From Candidatus Daviesbacteria bacterium (lineage in GTDB: Bacteria; Patescibacteriota; Microgenomatia; Daviesbacterales; UBA10151), in the NCBI GenBank assembly GCA_016186985.1, contig JACPKO010000038.1, positions 1-43,913 of the forward strand: a stretch of 43,913 nt of DNA, read 5' to 3'. The notes below the pieces were generated by a model. That model was not told the origin of the DNA. It did not search any database and saw nothing but the letters and a program-made list of their open reading frames with translations. This document shows positions 34,739-43,912 of this stretch, in pieces (within the stretch, counting starts at the first letter, position 1; the number at the start of each line of letters is the position of its first letter). Both the position numbers and the translations under genes were made by a program.

Positions 34739-37315
34739 ATGGACGAAAACACCCCACAGCAAACTAATATCGGAAGGATCGAAAACGCTCCACTTGTCGA
34801 AGAGATGCAAAAATCCTACCTCGATTACGCCATGAGCGTAATCGTTTCCAGAGCCTTACCTGATGTCAGGGACGGGCTTAAACCTGTCCAAAGAAGGATC
34901 GTTTTTGCCATGAGTGAGCAGGGATTGCATCATACCTCAAGGTACCAGAAATCGGCAGCAGTCGTTGGTGAAGTTTTAAAAAATTATCACCCTCATGGTG
35001 ACGCACCTGTTTATGAAGCTATGGTCCGCATGGCACAGGATTTTTCTATGCGTTATCCAATGGTTGACGGCCAGGGAAACTTTGGATCAATTGACGGCGA
35101 TTCTCCTGCTGCAATGCGTTATACCGAGGCCAGGCTTTCATCAATAGCTGATGAATTATTACGTGACATTAACAAAGATACTGTAGATTTTATTGAAAAT
35201 TATTCAGGCACCACTAAGGAACCTGTCTGGCTTCCTACTGTAATTCCGAATCTTTTATTAAACGGAGCCCAGGGTATCGCTGTCGGCATGGCTACGCAGA
35301 TTCCGCCCCATAATTTAGGGGAAGTTTGCGATGCGTTAATTTACATGATTGAACACCCTGCAAAAGAGTCAGGAAAGAGTGAGGAGGAAAGAGAAAAGAC
35401 AAAAACCCAAACTCAAGAAGTAAAGTTGGGCCAGACCGTTGAAGAGTTAAAACAGGAAGTTTACTACCAATCTTCAGCCACTGTTGAGGATTTAATGCAA
35501 TTTATTAAGGGTCCTGATTTTCCGACAGGTGCTTCAATTTACGATCAAAGTGAATTTCTCGCAGCATACGCTACAGGCAAAGGCAGGGTTGTTATGAGGG
35601 CTAAAGCTGAAATTGAAGAAGCAAGGGGAGGCAGGTTCGATATCATTGTAACAGAACTTCCATACCAGGTTAACAAAGCAGTTTTGATTGCTAAAATTGC
35701 TGACCTTGTAAAAGACAAAAAAATCGAAGGCATCTCAGACTTGCGCGATGAATCCGACCGGCGGGGAATGAGGGTTGTGGTGGAGTTAAAAAGGGACGCC
35801 AAACCCCAATCTGTATTAAATAACCTTTTCAAACATACAGCCATGCAGTCAGTTTTTAATGTAAACATGGTAGCGCTTTCAGACGGAGTACCGCATTTAA
35901 TGACTTTAAAGCGGGTTTTGGGGGAATTTATCCATCACAGGCAGATTGTTATCACAAGAAGATCGGAATTTGAACTAAAAGAAGCTAGAGCCCGCGAGCA
36001 TATATTAGAAGGGTTAAAAATTGCCGTTGATAACATTGACGAAGTAATTAACACTATCCGAAAAAGCAAAGACGCTGATGAGGCTAAAGGAAAGTTGATG
36101 TCTAAATTTAAACTATCCGATATCCAGGCTGTTGCAATTTTGGATATGCAGCTTCGCCGCCTGGCAGCCCTTGAAAGGCAGAGGATTGAAGACGAGTTAA
36201 AACTTATACGCGAGTTGATTGCTTACCTTCAAGATTTATTAGCCCAACCGGAAAAAATCTTAAAAGTTGTCCGGGAAGACCTGAAAAAGATTAAGGACCG
36301 CTACGGGGATGACCGGAGGACCAGGGTATATAAACAAAAGGTCGGAGAATTTTCCGAAGAAGACCTGGTAGCTGATGAACAAACCATAGTCACAGTTACA
36401 CAAGGCGGGTATGTAAAAAGACAACTTCCGGGAACTTTCAGGACTCAAGCAAGGGGAGGCAAAGGTGTTTCCGGAATTACAACTAAAGAGGAAGACGCAG
36501 TTTCGCATCTTTTCTATACCAGAACTTTAGATAATTTATTGTTTTTTACAGATAAAGGCCGGGTTTTCCAGATCAAAGTTTGGGAGATTCCAGAAACTTC
36601 AAGGGTTGCTAAAGGCCAGGCAATTGTAAATTTAATAAACATTGACCAGGGTGAAAAAATTACTGCTATTTTAACCCACCGCGCTAAAGACAAATACAAA
36701 TTCTTATTTATGTGCACTAAGCAGGGCAATGTAAAAAAAACTCCAGTTGAAGAATACGCTAATATCCGCAAAAACGGGCTTATCTCAATCAAACTCGATC
36801 CTGGCGACGAACTGGGTTGGGTTGTACCAACTTCAGGTTCAGATGATTTAGTGATAGTCTCTTACCGGGGTCAATCAATCCGCTTTAAAGAATCCCAGGT
36901 CCGGCCAACGCACCGGGACACTTCAGGTGTAAGGGGAGTAATGCTCGAAAAAGGCGACGAAGTTGTCTCGATGAATGTTGTCATTGATCAAACAGGAATG
37001 CTTCTGGTGGTTATGGAAAATGGTTTGGGCAAAAAAACTCCTATTACTGCCTGGAAAATCCAGGGAAGGGGAGGCTCAGGGATAAAAGCTGCCCAGGTCA
37101 CCGACAAAACCGGAAAAATAGTCACTGCCGAGCTTATTAACAAAACCCACGAAACTCTGGTCCTAACTTCCACTAAGGGCCAATTAATTAAGTTAAACAT
37201 TAAAGAGATCCCAACGCTGCAGCGTCAAACCCAGGGGGTAATTTTAATGCGCGTGAAGCCGGGGGAAAAGGTCGCCGCTACCACTGTTGTAGCCAAAAAG
37301 GAAATTGAAAAATGA
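34739..37315 (+). CDS. gyrA: DNA gyrase subunit A
   Basis: Shows [29 protein letters not shown] and AAMRYTE (catalytic Tyr), followed by a C-terminal beta-pinwheel. Confidence 0.97.
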   Translation: MDENTPQQTNIGRIENAPLVEEMQKSYLDYAMSVIVSRALPDVRDGLKPVQRRIVFAMSEQGLHHTSRYQKSAAVVGEVLKNYHPHGDAPVYEAMVRMAQDFSMRYPMVDGQGNFGSIDGDSPAAMRYTEARLSSIADELLRDINKDTVDFIENYSGTTKEPVWLPTVIPNLLLNGAQGIAVGMATQIPPHNLGEVCDALIYMIEHPAKESGKSEEEREKTKTQTQEVKLGQTVEELKQEVYYQSSATVEDLMQFIKGPDFPTGASIYDQSEFLAAYATGKGRVVMRAKAEIEEARGGRFDIIVTELPYQVNKAVLIAKIADLVKDKKIEGISDLRDESDRRGMRVVVELKRDAKPQSVLNNLFKHTAMQSVFNVNMVALSDGVPHLMTLKRVLGEFIHHRQIVITRRSEFELKEARAREHILEGLKIAVDNIDEVINTIRKSKDADEAKGKLMSKFKLSDIQAVAILDMQLRRLAALERQRIEDELKLIRELIAYLQDLLAQPEKILKVVREDLKKIKDRYGDDRRTRVYKQKVGEFSEEDLVADEQTIVTVTQGGYVKRQLPGTFRTQARGGKGVSGITTKEEDAVSHLFYTRTLDNLLFFTDKGRVFQIKVWEIPETSRVAKGQAIVNLINIDQGEKITAILTHRAKDKYKFLFMCTKQGNVKKTPVEEYANIRKNGLISIKLDPGDELGWVVPTSGSDDLVIVSYRGQSIRFKESQVRPTHRDTSGVRGVMLEKGDEVVSMNVVIDQTGMLLVVMENGLGKKTPITAWKIQGRGGSGIKAAQVTDKTGKIVTAELINKTHETLVLTSTKGQLIKLNIKEIPTLQRQTQGVILMRVKPGEKVAATTVVAKKEIEK

Positions 37316-37545
37316 ACAGGTTTAAAAAACTCCCGATAGAGAAAGTACTCACCAACATAGTAATACTTTATTTTGCTGTTGGCCTAATTTTTGCCATTCT
37401 TTTCGCTATCTATTATAAATGGGAATGGTTCGGGTATTTTTCCCCCGGGTTTTTTGCAGTTTTAATTTCCTGGCCCTTCCAGGCATGGGGATTTGTTAAT
37501 GACTTAATTTATTTCGGCCTAAGCGGTAAGCCAACACCAATTTAA
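37312..37545 (+). CDS. Small two-TM membrane protein, translationally coupled to gyrA (ATGA overlap)
   Basis: 77 aa with two hydrophobic helices. I recognise no homology. Confidence 0.45.
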   Translation: MNRFKKLPIEKVLTNIVILYFAVGLIFAILFAIYYKWEWFGYFSPGFFAVLISWPFQAWGFVNDLIYFGLSGKPTPI

Positions 37546-37548
37546 CTT

Positions 37549-39954
37549 TCAAATTCCAAAGATGTTCTTTAAAAAAGGGACAGTAATAATTAGAACCTGT
37601 GATATAACTACCAATCCCACTGATACTAAAAGATATTTGTTTGAAAAGATTGAGTGGTGAGTTCGCATAATAAAGATAAACACCATTTGAAGTATTACAA
37701 CCAGGCTAAAAGCCCAGGCACGGGCTACGGTAATATTAATGTTGTAATAGGCATAAAGGAAACTGCCTAGGGTAATTAGGGCAATTAGAAGCGCAAACAT
37801 ACAAATAAACTTAATCGTCCCGAAATCCAAAATTGACTGTTTAACATTTCTTGGCAAAGCTTTCATGGTATTTTCAGACGCGTCATCCGCAGCCAAGCTT
37901 AAAGCAGGCAAACCGTCTGTAACAAAATTTATCCAGAGTATTTGTGTTGCAGAGAGTGGAGAGGGTAAGCCAATTATTGCTGCGCCTACAATTACTAAAA
38001 CCTCCGACAAATTTCCTGTCAGTAAAAACTTTACTACTTTAAAGATATTGTTATAAGTTCTTCGTCCTTCCTCAATAGCTGTAACTATTGTCGAGAGGTT
38101 ATCATCCAAAATTATGATGTCCGAGGCTTCTTTGGCCACATCAGTGCCTGTTTGACCCATAGCCACACCGACATGGGCCTGTTTTAGCGCCAGGGCGTCA
38201 TTAACCCCGTCCCCGGTTACAGCAACAATTTTTCCCAGACGCTGATAAGATCTAACAATCCTTAATTTATGTTCAGGAAGAACCCTTGCAAAAATCCGCA
38301 CTTTCTCAATCCTCAAGTTAAGTTCCTCATCAGATAATTCATCCAGATTTGCACCAGTTAAAACCTCATCACCTTCCTCTAAAAGCCCTACATCTTTAGC
38401 GATTGCTTTGGCTGTTAATTCATTATCTCCCGTTACCATAACTGTTGTAATCCCGGCGCGGCGGGCTTTTTCTATAGCCTGTTTTGCCTCAAGCCTGGCC
38501 GAATCAGCAACCCCGATAAGCCCTAAAAAATCTAGGTCTTTTTCCAGTTTTTCTATTCCCGCTTTATTACCTTTAATCTCTGCTTTGGCAAATGCTAAAA
38601 CCCTTAGTCCCTGCAAAGCCATATCTTTATATGAGTTTTCAATCTCTTTTATTTTTCTGGGTGAGATTTTACAAAGCGGCAATATTGATTCGGGAGCGCC
38701 TTTTGTAAAAAGTGTGACTTTGTTTCCCTGCTCCCACAAAACGCTCATCCTTCTTTTTTCCGAGTTAAAAGGTTCTTCTTCTAAGATTTTTCCCTGAGAG
38801 CGGATTTGTTCGAAATCATGATTTTTCTCCTTTGCCCAAAGCAATAATGCACCCTCGGTTGTATCCCCTAAAATATCGAACGAACCATTGCCCGCTTCGC
38901 CACGAGCTGCGCCGATAGGCGAGCGAGGCGAGTCTTCTTTTATTACAAGAGAGGAGCTGTTGCAAATAATACTGCAGGCGATAAGCTCGTTTAAGTTTAT
39001 GGAGAGCGCAAAAACTTTTCTAACGCTCATCTCGTTTCGGGTTAGTGTTCCTGTCTTATCAGTACAAATTACTGAAGTTGCACCGAGAGATTCAACCGCA
39101 CTCATTTTTCGGACTAAGGTTTTTTTGGAATACATCTTGCGTACTCCAAACGCCAGCATTACTGTTACAACAGCCGGGAGGCCTTCCGGTACCACGGCAA
39201 CCATCAATGCAATACTTGAAGTTAAAGTCTCAAGCACCTCATATCCTTGAAATAACCTGAGACCAAAAACGACAACCGCCACAAAAATTGCAGCCAGCCC
39301 CAGATTTCTCGCCAAACCGTTTAACGAAATCTCAAGCGGCGTTTTTTCCTCTTCAATATCTGTTAGAGTAAGAGCTAACTGTCCAAATTTTGTACTTACC
39401 CCGGTTTTTTCGACTTGCAAGACACCGCGGCCTGAGGAAACTGTTGTTCCGAAAAATAATTCATTCTCGTCTTTCTCTTTTGTCTTTACAACAGGCAATG
39501 ATTCGCCGGTCAAAGCCGACTGGTTAACATACATCTCAAAGCTTTCAACAAGGCTGCCATCAGCTGGAATGCGATCTCCTGACTCCAAGATAACCAAATC
39601 ACCCGGAACAATTTCCGTTGAAGGAATTTCTACTTGCTTACCATCCCGGTAAACCCTTGAAAAAGCCACTTCCAATTTACGCAAACCTTCCAGTTCTTTT
39701 GAGGCTTTAAATTCCTGCCAAAAACCAAGGCCGATATTTAAAACAAGAATTATCAAAATCAATGTCCCGTCAACAACATGGCCGACAATATAGGAAAGTA
39801 TTGAAGCAAATATTAAAAGCCAGACTAAAAGATTTTTAAATTGTGCTGATAACAATTTTAAAACAGAATAAGTCTTTTTCGAGGGCAATTGATTTAAGCC
39901 TGTCTGCGCCAGTTTAGTTTTCGCATCAGCTGTTGATAATCCTTTTTTTTCCAT
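37549..39954 (-). CDS. P-type cation-transporting ATPase (P2-type, Ca2+/Mg2+-like)
   Basis: Shows TGES, ICTDKTGTLT, MVTGDN and VTGDGVNDALAL motifs, with about 8-10 TM segments. Confidence 0.93.
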   Translation of the reverse strand: MEKKGLSTADAKTKLAQTGLNQLPSKKTYSVLKLLSAQFKNLLVWLLIFASILSYIVGHVVDGTLILIILVLNIGLGFWQEFKASKELEGLRKLEVAFSRVYRDGKQVEIPSTEIVPGDLVILESGDRIPADGSLVESFEMYVNQSALTGESLPVVKTKEKDENELFFGTTVSSGRGVLQVEKTGVSTKFGQLALTLTDIEEEKTPLEISLNGLARNLGLAAIFVAVVVFGLRLFQGYEVLETLTSSIALMVAVVPEGLPAVVTVMLAFGVRKMYSKKTLVRKMSAVESLGATSVICTDKTGTLTRNEMSVRKVFALSINLNELIACSIICNSSSLVIKEDSPRSPIGAARGEAGNGSFDILGDTTEGALLLWAKEKNHDFEQIRSQGKILEEEPFNSEKRRMSVLWEQGNKVTLFTKGAPESILPLCKISPRKIKEIENSYKDMALQGLRVLAFAKAEIKGNKAGIEKLEKDLDFLGLIGVADSARLEAKQAIEKARRAGITTVMVTGDNELTAKAIAKDVGLLEEGDEVLTGANLDELSDEELNLRIEKVRIFARVLPEHKLRIVRSYQRLGKIVAVTGDGVNDALALKQAHVGVAMGQTGTDVAKEASDIIILDDNLSTIVTAIEEGRRTYNNIFKVVKFLLTGNLSEVLVIVGAAIIGLPSPLSATQILWINFVTDGLPALSLAADDASENTMKALPRNVKQSILDFGTIKFICMFALLIALITLGSFLYAYYNINITVARAWAFSLVVILQMVFIFIMRTHHSIFSNKYLLVSVGLVVISQVLIITVPFLKNIFGI
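38892..38933. repeat. 42-nt GC-rich element inside the ATPase gene, sharing both ends with the 1890-1916 copy
   Basis: The sequence is CCGCTTCGCC-ACGAGCTGCGCCGATAGGCG-AGCGAGGCGAGT. It encodes part of DSPRSPIGAARGEAG. Confidence 0.55.
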
Positions 39955-39956
39955 GA

Positions 39957-40508
39957 TTAAAAAGCCCTTGTCCCTAAACTAACAAAGAAAATACCTGCTG
40001 TGTTTAATATGTAAGTTAAAATCAAAAGCTGTATATACTTTAATTTACTCGCCCCTAACATCATAAGTCCCAGTTCATCAGGAAAGGGGGAGGCAATAAT
40101 TAAAACTCCAAGGAGCGGCGCAAGATGGCTAAAGTGGGAATGGTGAAAAAAACGGAAAGCGCGTTTTAACTTCAAAGTTTTTTCCAGGGTTTTAAAATCG
40201 TCAAAAAAGCTGTTCCTGAAAATACTGACTATTAATATATCTCCAACCGCTGCCCCAACCCCTCCAATCAAGGCAATTTGCAAAGGACTGGTTGACTGGG
40301 ATAAGACATAAAAAAGGGCAATAGAAAAAGGCGTGGTTAAAAAAGAGGTAAAAAGCATACCAGCAACAAATTCGGCTAAGTATTGTACCGGGGTGACTTT
40401 GGCAATAAAGGAATCTACAGAACCATTTTGTATTAAAAGATAAGCAAAAAAACAACTTACCAGAAAAATTATAAAGTCAGCTATGAGTTTTTTCACTTTT
40501 TTTGACAT
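39957..40508 (-). CDS. Integral membrane protein of unknown function
   Basis: 183 aa with about 5 TM segments. It lies 2 nt upstream of the ATPase gene on the same strand. Confidence 0.55.
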   Translation of the reverse strand: MSKKVKKLIADFIIFLVSCFFAYLLIQNGSVDSFIAKVTPVQYLAEFVAGMLFTSFLTTPFSIALFYVLSQSTSPLQIALIGGVGAAVGDILIVSIFRNSFFDDFKTLEKTLKLKRAFRFFHHSHFSHLAPLLGVLIIASPFPDELGLMMLGASKLKYIQLLILTYILNTAGIFFVSLGTRAF

Positions 40509-40530
40509 ATTGTAATCTTACCAAATTATG

Positions 40531-40536
40531 TATAAT
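40531..40536 (+). promoter_or_regulatory. Putative -10 box TATAAT, 7 nt upstream of ATG 40544
   Basis: The sequence reads TATAAT, then AAATTTA and ATG. Confidence 0.35.
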
Positions 40537-40543
40537 AAATTTA

Positions 40544-40930
40544 ATGGGACTGCTCATCTCACTGCTTTTAAATACACTGGCTTTAATCATAACGGCTTAT
40601 ATCGTACCGGGCATTAAGGTTGATACATTCACATCAGCCCTGCTCGCAGCAATTGTTTTAGGGATAATTAACACTTTCATAAAACCTGTATTGGTGCTTT
40701 TAACTCTACCTCTAACAATAATTACTTTGGGCCTGTTTATTTTTATTGTAAACGCTATTGTTTTAAGAGTAACAACCATTTTTGTACCAGGGTTTATGGT
40801 TGACGGCTGGGTACCAGCAATACTTGGGGCAATAGTCCTCTCCATCGCTTCTACTATATTATCCACTTTAGTCAAGGACTTCTCCCTTTTTAATTATCAA
40901 ATCAACATGTATCGCACTTATGACTTGTAA
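40544..40930 (+). CDS. DUF360 / holin-superfamily-IV-like 4-TM membrane protein
   Basis: LALIITAYIVPGIKVD..ALLAAIVLGIINTFIKPVLVLLTLPLTIITLGLFIFIVNAIVL is the typical family pattern. I moved the start to the ATG at 40544. Confidence 0.7.
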   Translation: MGLLISLLLNTLALIITAYIVPGIKVDTFTSALLAAIVLGIINTFIKPVLVLLTLPLTIITLGLFIFIVNAIVLRVTTIFVPGFMVDGWVPAILGAIVLSIASTILSTLVKDFSLFNYQINMYRTYDL

Positions 40931-40934
40931 CATT

Positions 40935-40963
40935 TTGGCGCACGTGGCATGAAATGTTACAAT
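40935..40963 (+). promoter_or_regulatory. Putative promoter TTGGCG-17-TACAAT just upstream of the PaaX-like gene
   Basis: The TACAAT (40958-40963) lies 2 nt before the TTG at 40966 and 8 nt before the GTG at 40972. Confidence 0.4.
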
Positions 40964-40965
40964 AA

Positions 40966-41511
40966 TTGATAGTGACATACGATAAGAAAGAGGTAGCCAA
41001 AAACATTCTAATAGCAATTGGGGTTGTAGGCGTTATTTCTGTAGTAATGGTTGCTCCAGGACTAGCCAAAGTTCTTCCTTTGCTCCAAAAAATAGATACC
41101 AGAAGAATTAATCAAGAACTAAAGCGGCTCCAAAAGAGAGGTTTGGTGGAAATAATAAAAAGAAAGAATGGATTACATTCTGTCAAACTCACCAAAGAAG
41201 GTAAAGAAAAACTTAAAAAGTTGCAGATTGATAATTTGGTTATTGAAAAACCTTTAAGGTGGGATGGTAGATGGAGAATTATTATTTTTGATATACCTAT
41301 TCTTAAAAATAATTCCAGGCAATTATTGCGCAAGAAAATGCAAAATTTAGGTTTCTATAAACTACAAAACAGCGTTTTTATTTATCCATATCCTTGCTTG
41401 GAAGTTGTAGAGTTTATCAGAAGTTATTTTGGAGTAAAAGAAGAAGTTACATATTTAGAGTCCAACTTATTAGAAAACCAGGAAAAAGTTATCTCCTATT
41501 TCTTTACGTAA
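40966..41511 (+). CDS. PaaX-family-like regulator (wHTH + Cas2-like fold domain) with N-terminal TM helix
   Basis: Shows LKRLQKRGLVEI..., then RWDGRWRIIIFDIPILKNNSRQLLRKKMQNLGFYKLQNSVFIYP, a PaaX-type W.G.W..v.fd.P motif. The start may be the GTG at 40972. Confidence 0.6.
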   Translation: MIVTYDKKEVAKNILIAIGVVGVISVVMVAPGLAKVLPLLQKIDTRRINQELKRLQKRGLVEIIKRKNGLHSVKLTKEGKEKLKKLQIDNLVIEKPLRWDGRWRIIIFDIPILKNNSRQLLRKKMQNLGFYKLQNSVFIYPYPCLEVVEFIRSYFGVKEEVTYLESNLLENQEKVISYFFT

Positions 41512-41515
41512 CACT

Positions 41516-41544
41516 TTGTACCACGTAATAAGAAATGTTACATT
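41516..41544 (+). promoter_or_regulatory. Orphan promoter-like copy TTGTAC-17-TACATT
   Basis: It contains a 21-nt repeat of the 40941-40961 promoter segment (17 of 21 identical). No ORF follows before the terminator at 41600. Confidence 0.3.
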
Positions 41545-41599
41545 TTTGATTCAAAACAAGTTTATTCTTTATCTCTTAGTTGATTAATTATGAAAAACG

Positions 41600-41618
41600 T
41601 CCCACCTCGGAGGTGGGA
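41600..41618. terminator. Bidirectional terminator hairpin TCCCACCT-CGG-AGGTGGGA with T-runs on both sides
   Basis: It lies between convergent genes. TTTATATTTTT follows on the + strand and CGTTTTT on the - strand. Confidence 0.65.
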
Positions 41619-41628
41619 GTTTATATTT

Positions 41629-41925
41629 TTAATTCTGGAAAAAACCAAATGCGTATAAAAAAACCATAAATACTAAAATACTTATGGTAATAAATACTCC
41701 TACAAATATTAAAACTGATTTTATAGTGTTTAAGTGAAACAATACTCGCGACTTATCTCCTTCTGGACTAAAAGCTTGAGCTCTTGCTATTGCTACCATT
41801 GGAAAAGCAATCAGCATAAGTATAATTAAAAAATAATCTACCTCATCCAGGCTATAACCTTTTCCAATTCTTATAAGAAATACCAAGAGAGCTAAACAAG
41901 TCAAAAAAACAACAATTAACCGCAA
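41629..41925 (-). CDS. Small membrane protein (3 TM), unknown function
   Basis: 98 aa and hydrophobic. I recognise no motif. Confidence 0.45.
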   Translation of the reverse strand: MRLIVVFLTCLALLVFLIRIGKGYSLDEVDYFLIILMLIAFPMVAIARAQAFSPEGDKSRVLFHLNTIKSVLIFVGVFITISILVFMVFLYAFGFFQN

Positions 41926-41969
41926 GTTTAAAAGTTTTACGAGAAGAGATTTTTTTGTTTTGCAGCCAT

Positions 41970-42944
41970 TTATCCTTTGCTTTTGGAGTGGAATGCTTTG
42001 TGGACTTCGCGCAATTGGCGGTTAGTAATATGAGTGTAAATCTGGGTCGTGGCGATATTGGAGTGGCCCAACATCTCCTGGACTGATCGGATATCGGCCC
42101 CGTTTATTAATAAGTCAGTTGCAAAACTGTGCCTTAAGGTATGGGGGGTAGCCTTAATACTCAAACCTGCCTGCCTGACATATTTTTCAACTATTCTTTC
42201 AATAGAACGCGTTGTAAGCCGCATATTCTCCCCGTCATCAGAAGAGTCCTGCCGCCCCTGAAAACGGATGAATAACGGATTGTACGAGTCTTTACGGACA
42301 TCCAGTGACTGCGCTATCGTATCGCAGGCTGAATCTGATAAAAACACAATCCTTTGCTTGCCTCCTTTACCTACTATAGGAAATTCTCTTCGTTCGAAGT
42401 TGATAGTATCCCGGTTTAGAGAAGCTAGTTCCGAGACCCGGAGTCCGGTTGAAAAAAGGGTTTCCAAAATCGCCTTATCCCGGAGTCCTTCAGGTGTACT
42501 TGGGTTAGGCGCAGCCAGCAATAATTCCAGATCGTAACTCTCTAAAACCTTAAGGGGCGAATCCTCGACCTCTCCCAGTTCAACTTTCTCCGGAGGCAAA
42601 CTGGCAACATCAATCCGGCTGAGATATTTTAAAAATGACCTTAAAGCAATCATAAAATAATTTTGGGTATTTCTCTTTAACGCCTGTTTTGTGTCAGGAT
42701 CAGTCCAGCGGGCAAGATGCAGACGGTACTTCTTAATAAGTTCCAGATTTATTTCTGAAGGATTAATTTCTCCTGCAAAATCTATAAAACGTATCAGATA
42801 ATGGTTATAATTTTCAATCGTATTTTGGGAAACATTCCTCTCAAGCTCAAGGTATTCTAAAAAGTCCAGCTTCAAAGAAGACAAACTAGCATGGACAGAT
42901 AGACCTGCTGGAGCAGATAGACCTGATAGGGCAGATGAACTCAT
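41970..42944 (-). CDS. Tyrosine recombinase XerC/XerD family
   Basis: Shows LSQNTIENYNHYL and ATGLRVSEL-like STGLRVSELASL, HTLRHSFATDLL and LGHSNIATTQIYTH (catalytic Tyr). Confidence 0.9.
   Translation of the reverse strand: MSSSALSGLSAPAGLSVHASLSSLKLDFLEYLELERNVSQNTIENYNHYLIRFIDFAGEINPSEINLELIKKYRLHLARWTDPDTKQALKRNTQNYFMIALRSFLKYLSRIDVASLPPEKVELGEVEDSPLKVLESYDLELLLAAPNPSTPEGLRDKAILETLFSTGLRVSELASLNRDTINFERREFPIVGKGGKQRIVFLSDSACDTIAQSLDVRKDSYNPLFIRFQGRQDSSDDGENMRLTTRSIERIVEKYVRQAGLSIKATPHTLRHSFATDLLINGADIRSVQEMLGHSNIATTQIYTHITNRQLREVHKAFHSKSKG
42896..42940. repeat. 18-nt tandem repeat (about 2.5 copies, CAGATAGACCTG core) in the Xer N-terminal extension
   Basis: Cores lie at 42896, 42914 and 42932. 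The repeat encodes a serine-, leucine- and alanine-rich N-terminal tail. Confidence 0.8.
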
Positions 42945-42953
42945 AATGTTAGT

Positions 42954-43712
42954 CTAAAGAAACGCCAGTCCTGCAATCCCTGCTATTACTAAAACCACTC
43001 CTACTGCGGTAAGAATAATGGTATTGTCTAAAAGACCAGCTTTCCCGCCGGTAACATCATTTAAATTTGGTTTATAAACCTGATACTGGGCTGACTGGGT
43101 AGCCGGAGTGGTTCCCGGTAAGGTTTGTCCCTGTCCAACTATTGTGCCGGGACTCGGGCTAGCTGTAATTCCGGAGGCACAGGAGCCTGTTCCAACAGTA
43201 TAACTTCCGTTAGTGACTGCGCTCAAAACGTCGGCAATCGTACCCCGTTCCACAACATTAGTGTCGATAGTCTTTGTTTTATTATTCGGATCAAAATCAA
43301 AATTTAAATTAATTTTATCGTTTTCCTTTAGGGTACTGGCTACATTTAATTTTATAGTTGCGAAAGTTCCGGTTCCAGAAAAAGGGCTTGAAACAGAAGA
43401 AATACCGGAAATGCTGATTTTACCGCTTGGATCAACGGAATTTCCCGGGTATTCAGGATAAATTGTGCCGTTTGTTATTTGGGAAGTTGTAGTTGAAAGA
43501 TGGGCCGGGGTAAATAAAACTATGACATCCGTACCGTCAGTTTGGACTCCCTGGGTATCTAAATTAATTTTTATACTAATTTCGCACCCTTTATTTATAA
43601 CACCTGCCGAAGGGTCAAAGGTTAAAGTTGCAGCAAAAAGCGCAGAAGGGGATAACATTAAAAATCCAAAGCTACAAATTAAACCTATTAAAGATTTAAA
43701 TAATTTTTTCAT
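42954..43712 (-). CDS. Secreted cohesin-domain-like surface protein with C-terminal TM anchor
   Basis: It has a signal peptide, then TLTFDPS..CEISIKINLDT...GTGTFATIKLNV (a cohesin-like pattern), a P/T/Q linker and the C-terminal helix IILTAVGVVLVIAGIAGLAFL. Confidence 0.6.
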   Translation of the reverse strand: MKKLFKSLIGLICSFGFLMLSPSALFAATLTFDPSAGVINKGCEISIKINLDTQGVQTDGTDVIVLFTPAHLSTTTSQITNGTIYPEYPGNSVDPSGKISISGISSVSSPFSGTGTFATIKLNVASTLKENDKINLNFDFDPNNKTKTIDTNVVERGTIADVLSAVTNGSYTVGTGSCASGITASPSPGTIVGQGQTLPGTTPATQSAQYQVYKPNLNDVTGGKAGLLDNTIILTAVGVVLVIAGIAGLAFL

Positions 43713-43912
43713 TTTGCCGCGGAAATAACTATATCAGCATTTTTGGCGCTTCCCAAAATATCCTGAGTGCTGCCGGTCAAAACAACATTTGAATCCGCAG
43801 TTTGACCTTTTTCAAAATCAACAGAAACTGTTGTCCGGCCGTCTTTTAAAGCTGTGAAATAAATTGTAGCAAAATTGCCCTCTCCCGTAAAACTCTCACT
43901 TCCGGGAACAGT
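43709..43912 (-). CDS. C-terminal fragment of a second cohesin-like protein (5' end outside window)
   Basis: The - strand frame reads TVPGSESFTGEGNFATIYFTALKDGRTTVSVDFEKGQ...VISAAK*. Its stop overlaps the next ATG (ATGA). Confidence 0.55.
   Translation of the reverse strand, partial: TVPGSESFTGEGNFATIYFTALKDGRTTVSVDFEKGQTADSNVVLTGSTQDILGSAKNADIVISAAK

Noticed and set aside
35358-35482. Lineage-specific insertions in GyrA (about 35 aa, K/E/T-rich) and GyrB (about 25 aa, near 21790-21895), considered as inteins or mobile insertions.
   Set aside because: They are far too short for inteins and lack splice-junction residues and endonuclease motifs. The DNA is not palindromic. They look like ordinary low-complexity loop expansions.
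40544-40930. The 'phage holin' family label of the DUF360 protein, taken as a hint of a prophage.
   Set aside because: No phage structural, lysis or integration genes are adjacent. This family is widespread as a chromosomal membrane protein.
41590-41658. A 22-codon ORF (MKNVPPRRWEFIFLILEKTKCV) in the intergenic region.
   Set aside because: It runs straight through the bidirectional terminator hairpin and has no start signals. It is more likely non-coding.
41970-42944. The tyrosine recombinase as a marker of an integrated mobile element or genomic island.
   Set aside because: There is no flanking tRNA, no att-like direct repeats and no cargo-like genes in the window. The motifs fit housekeeping XerC/XerD. 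This cannot be fully excluded without the flanking sequence.
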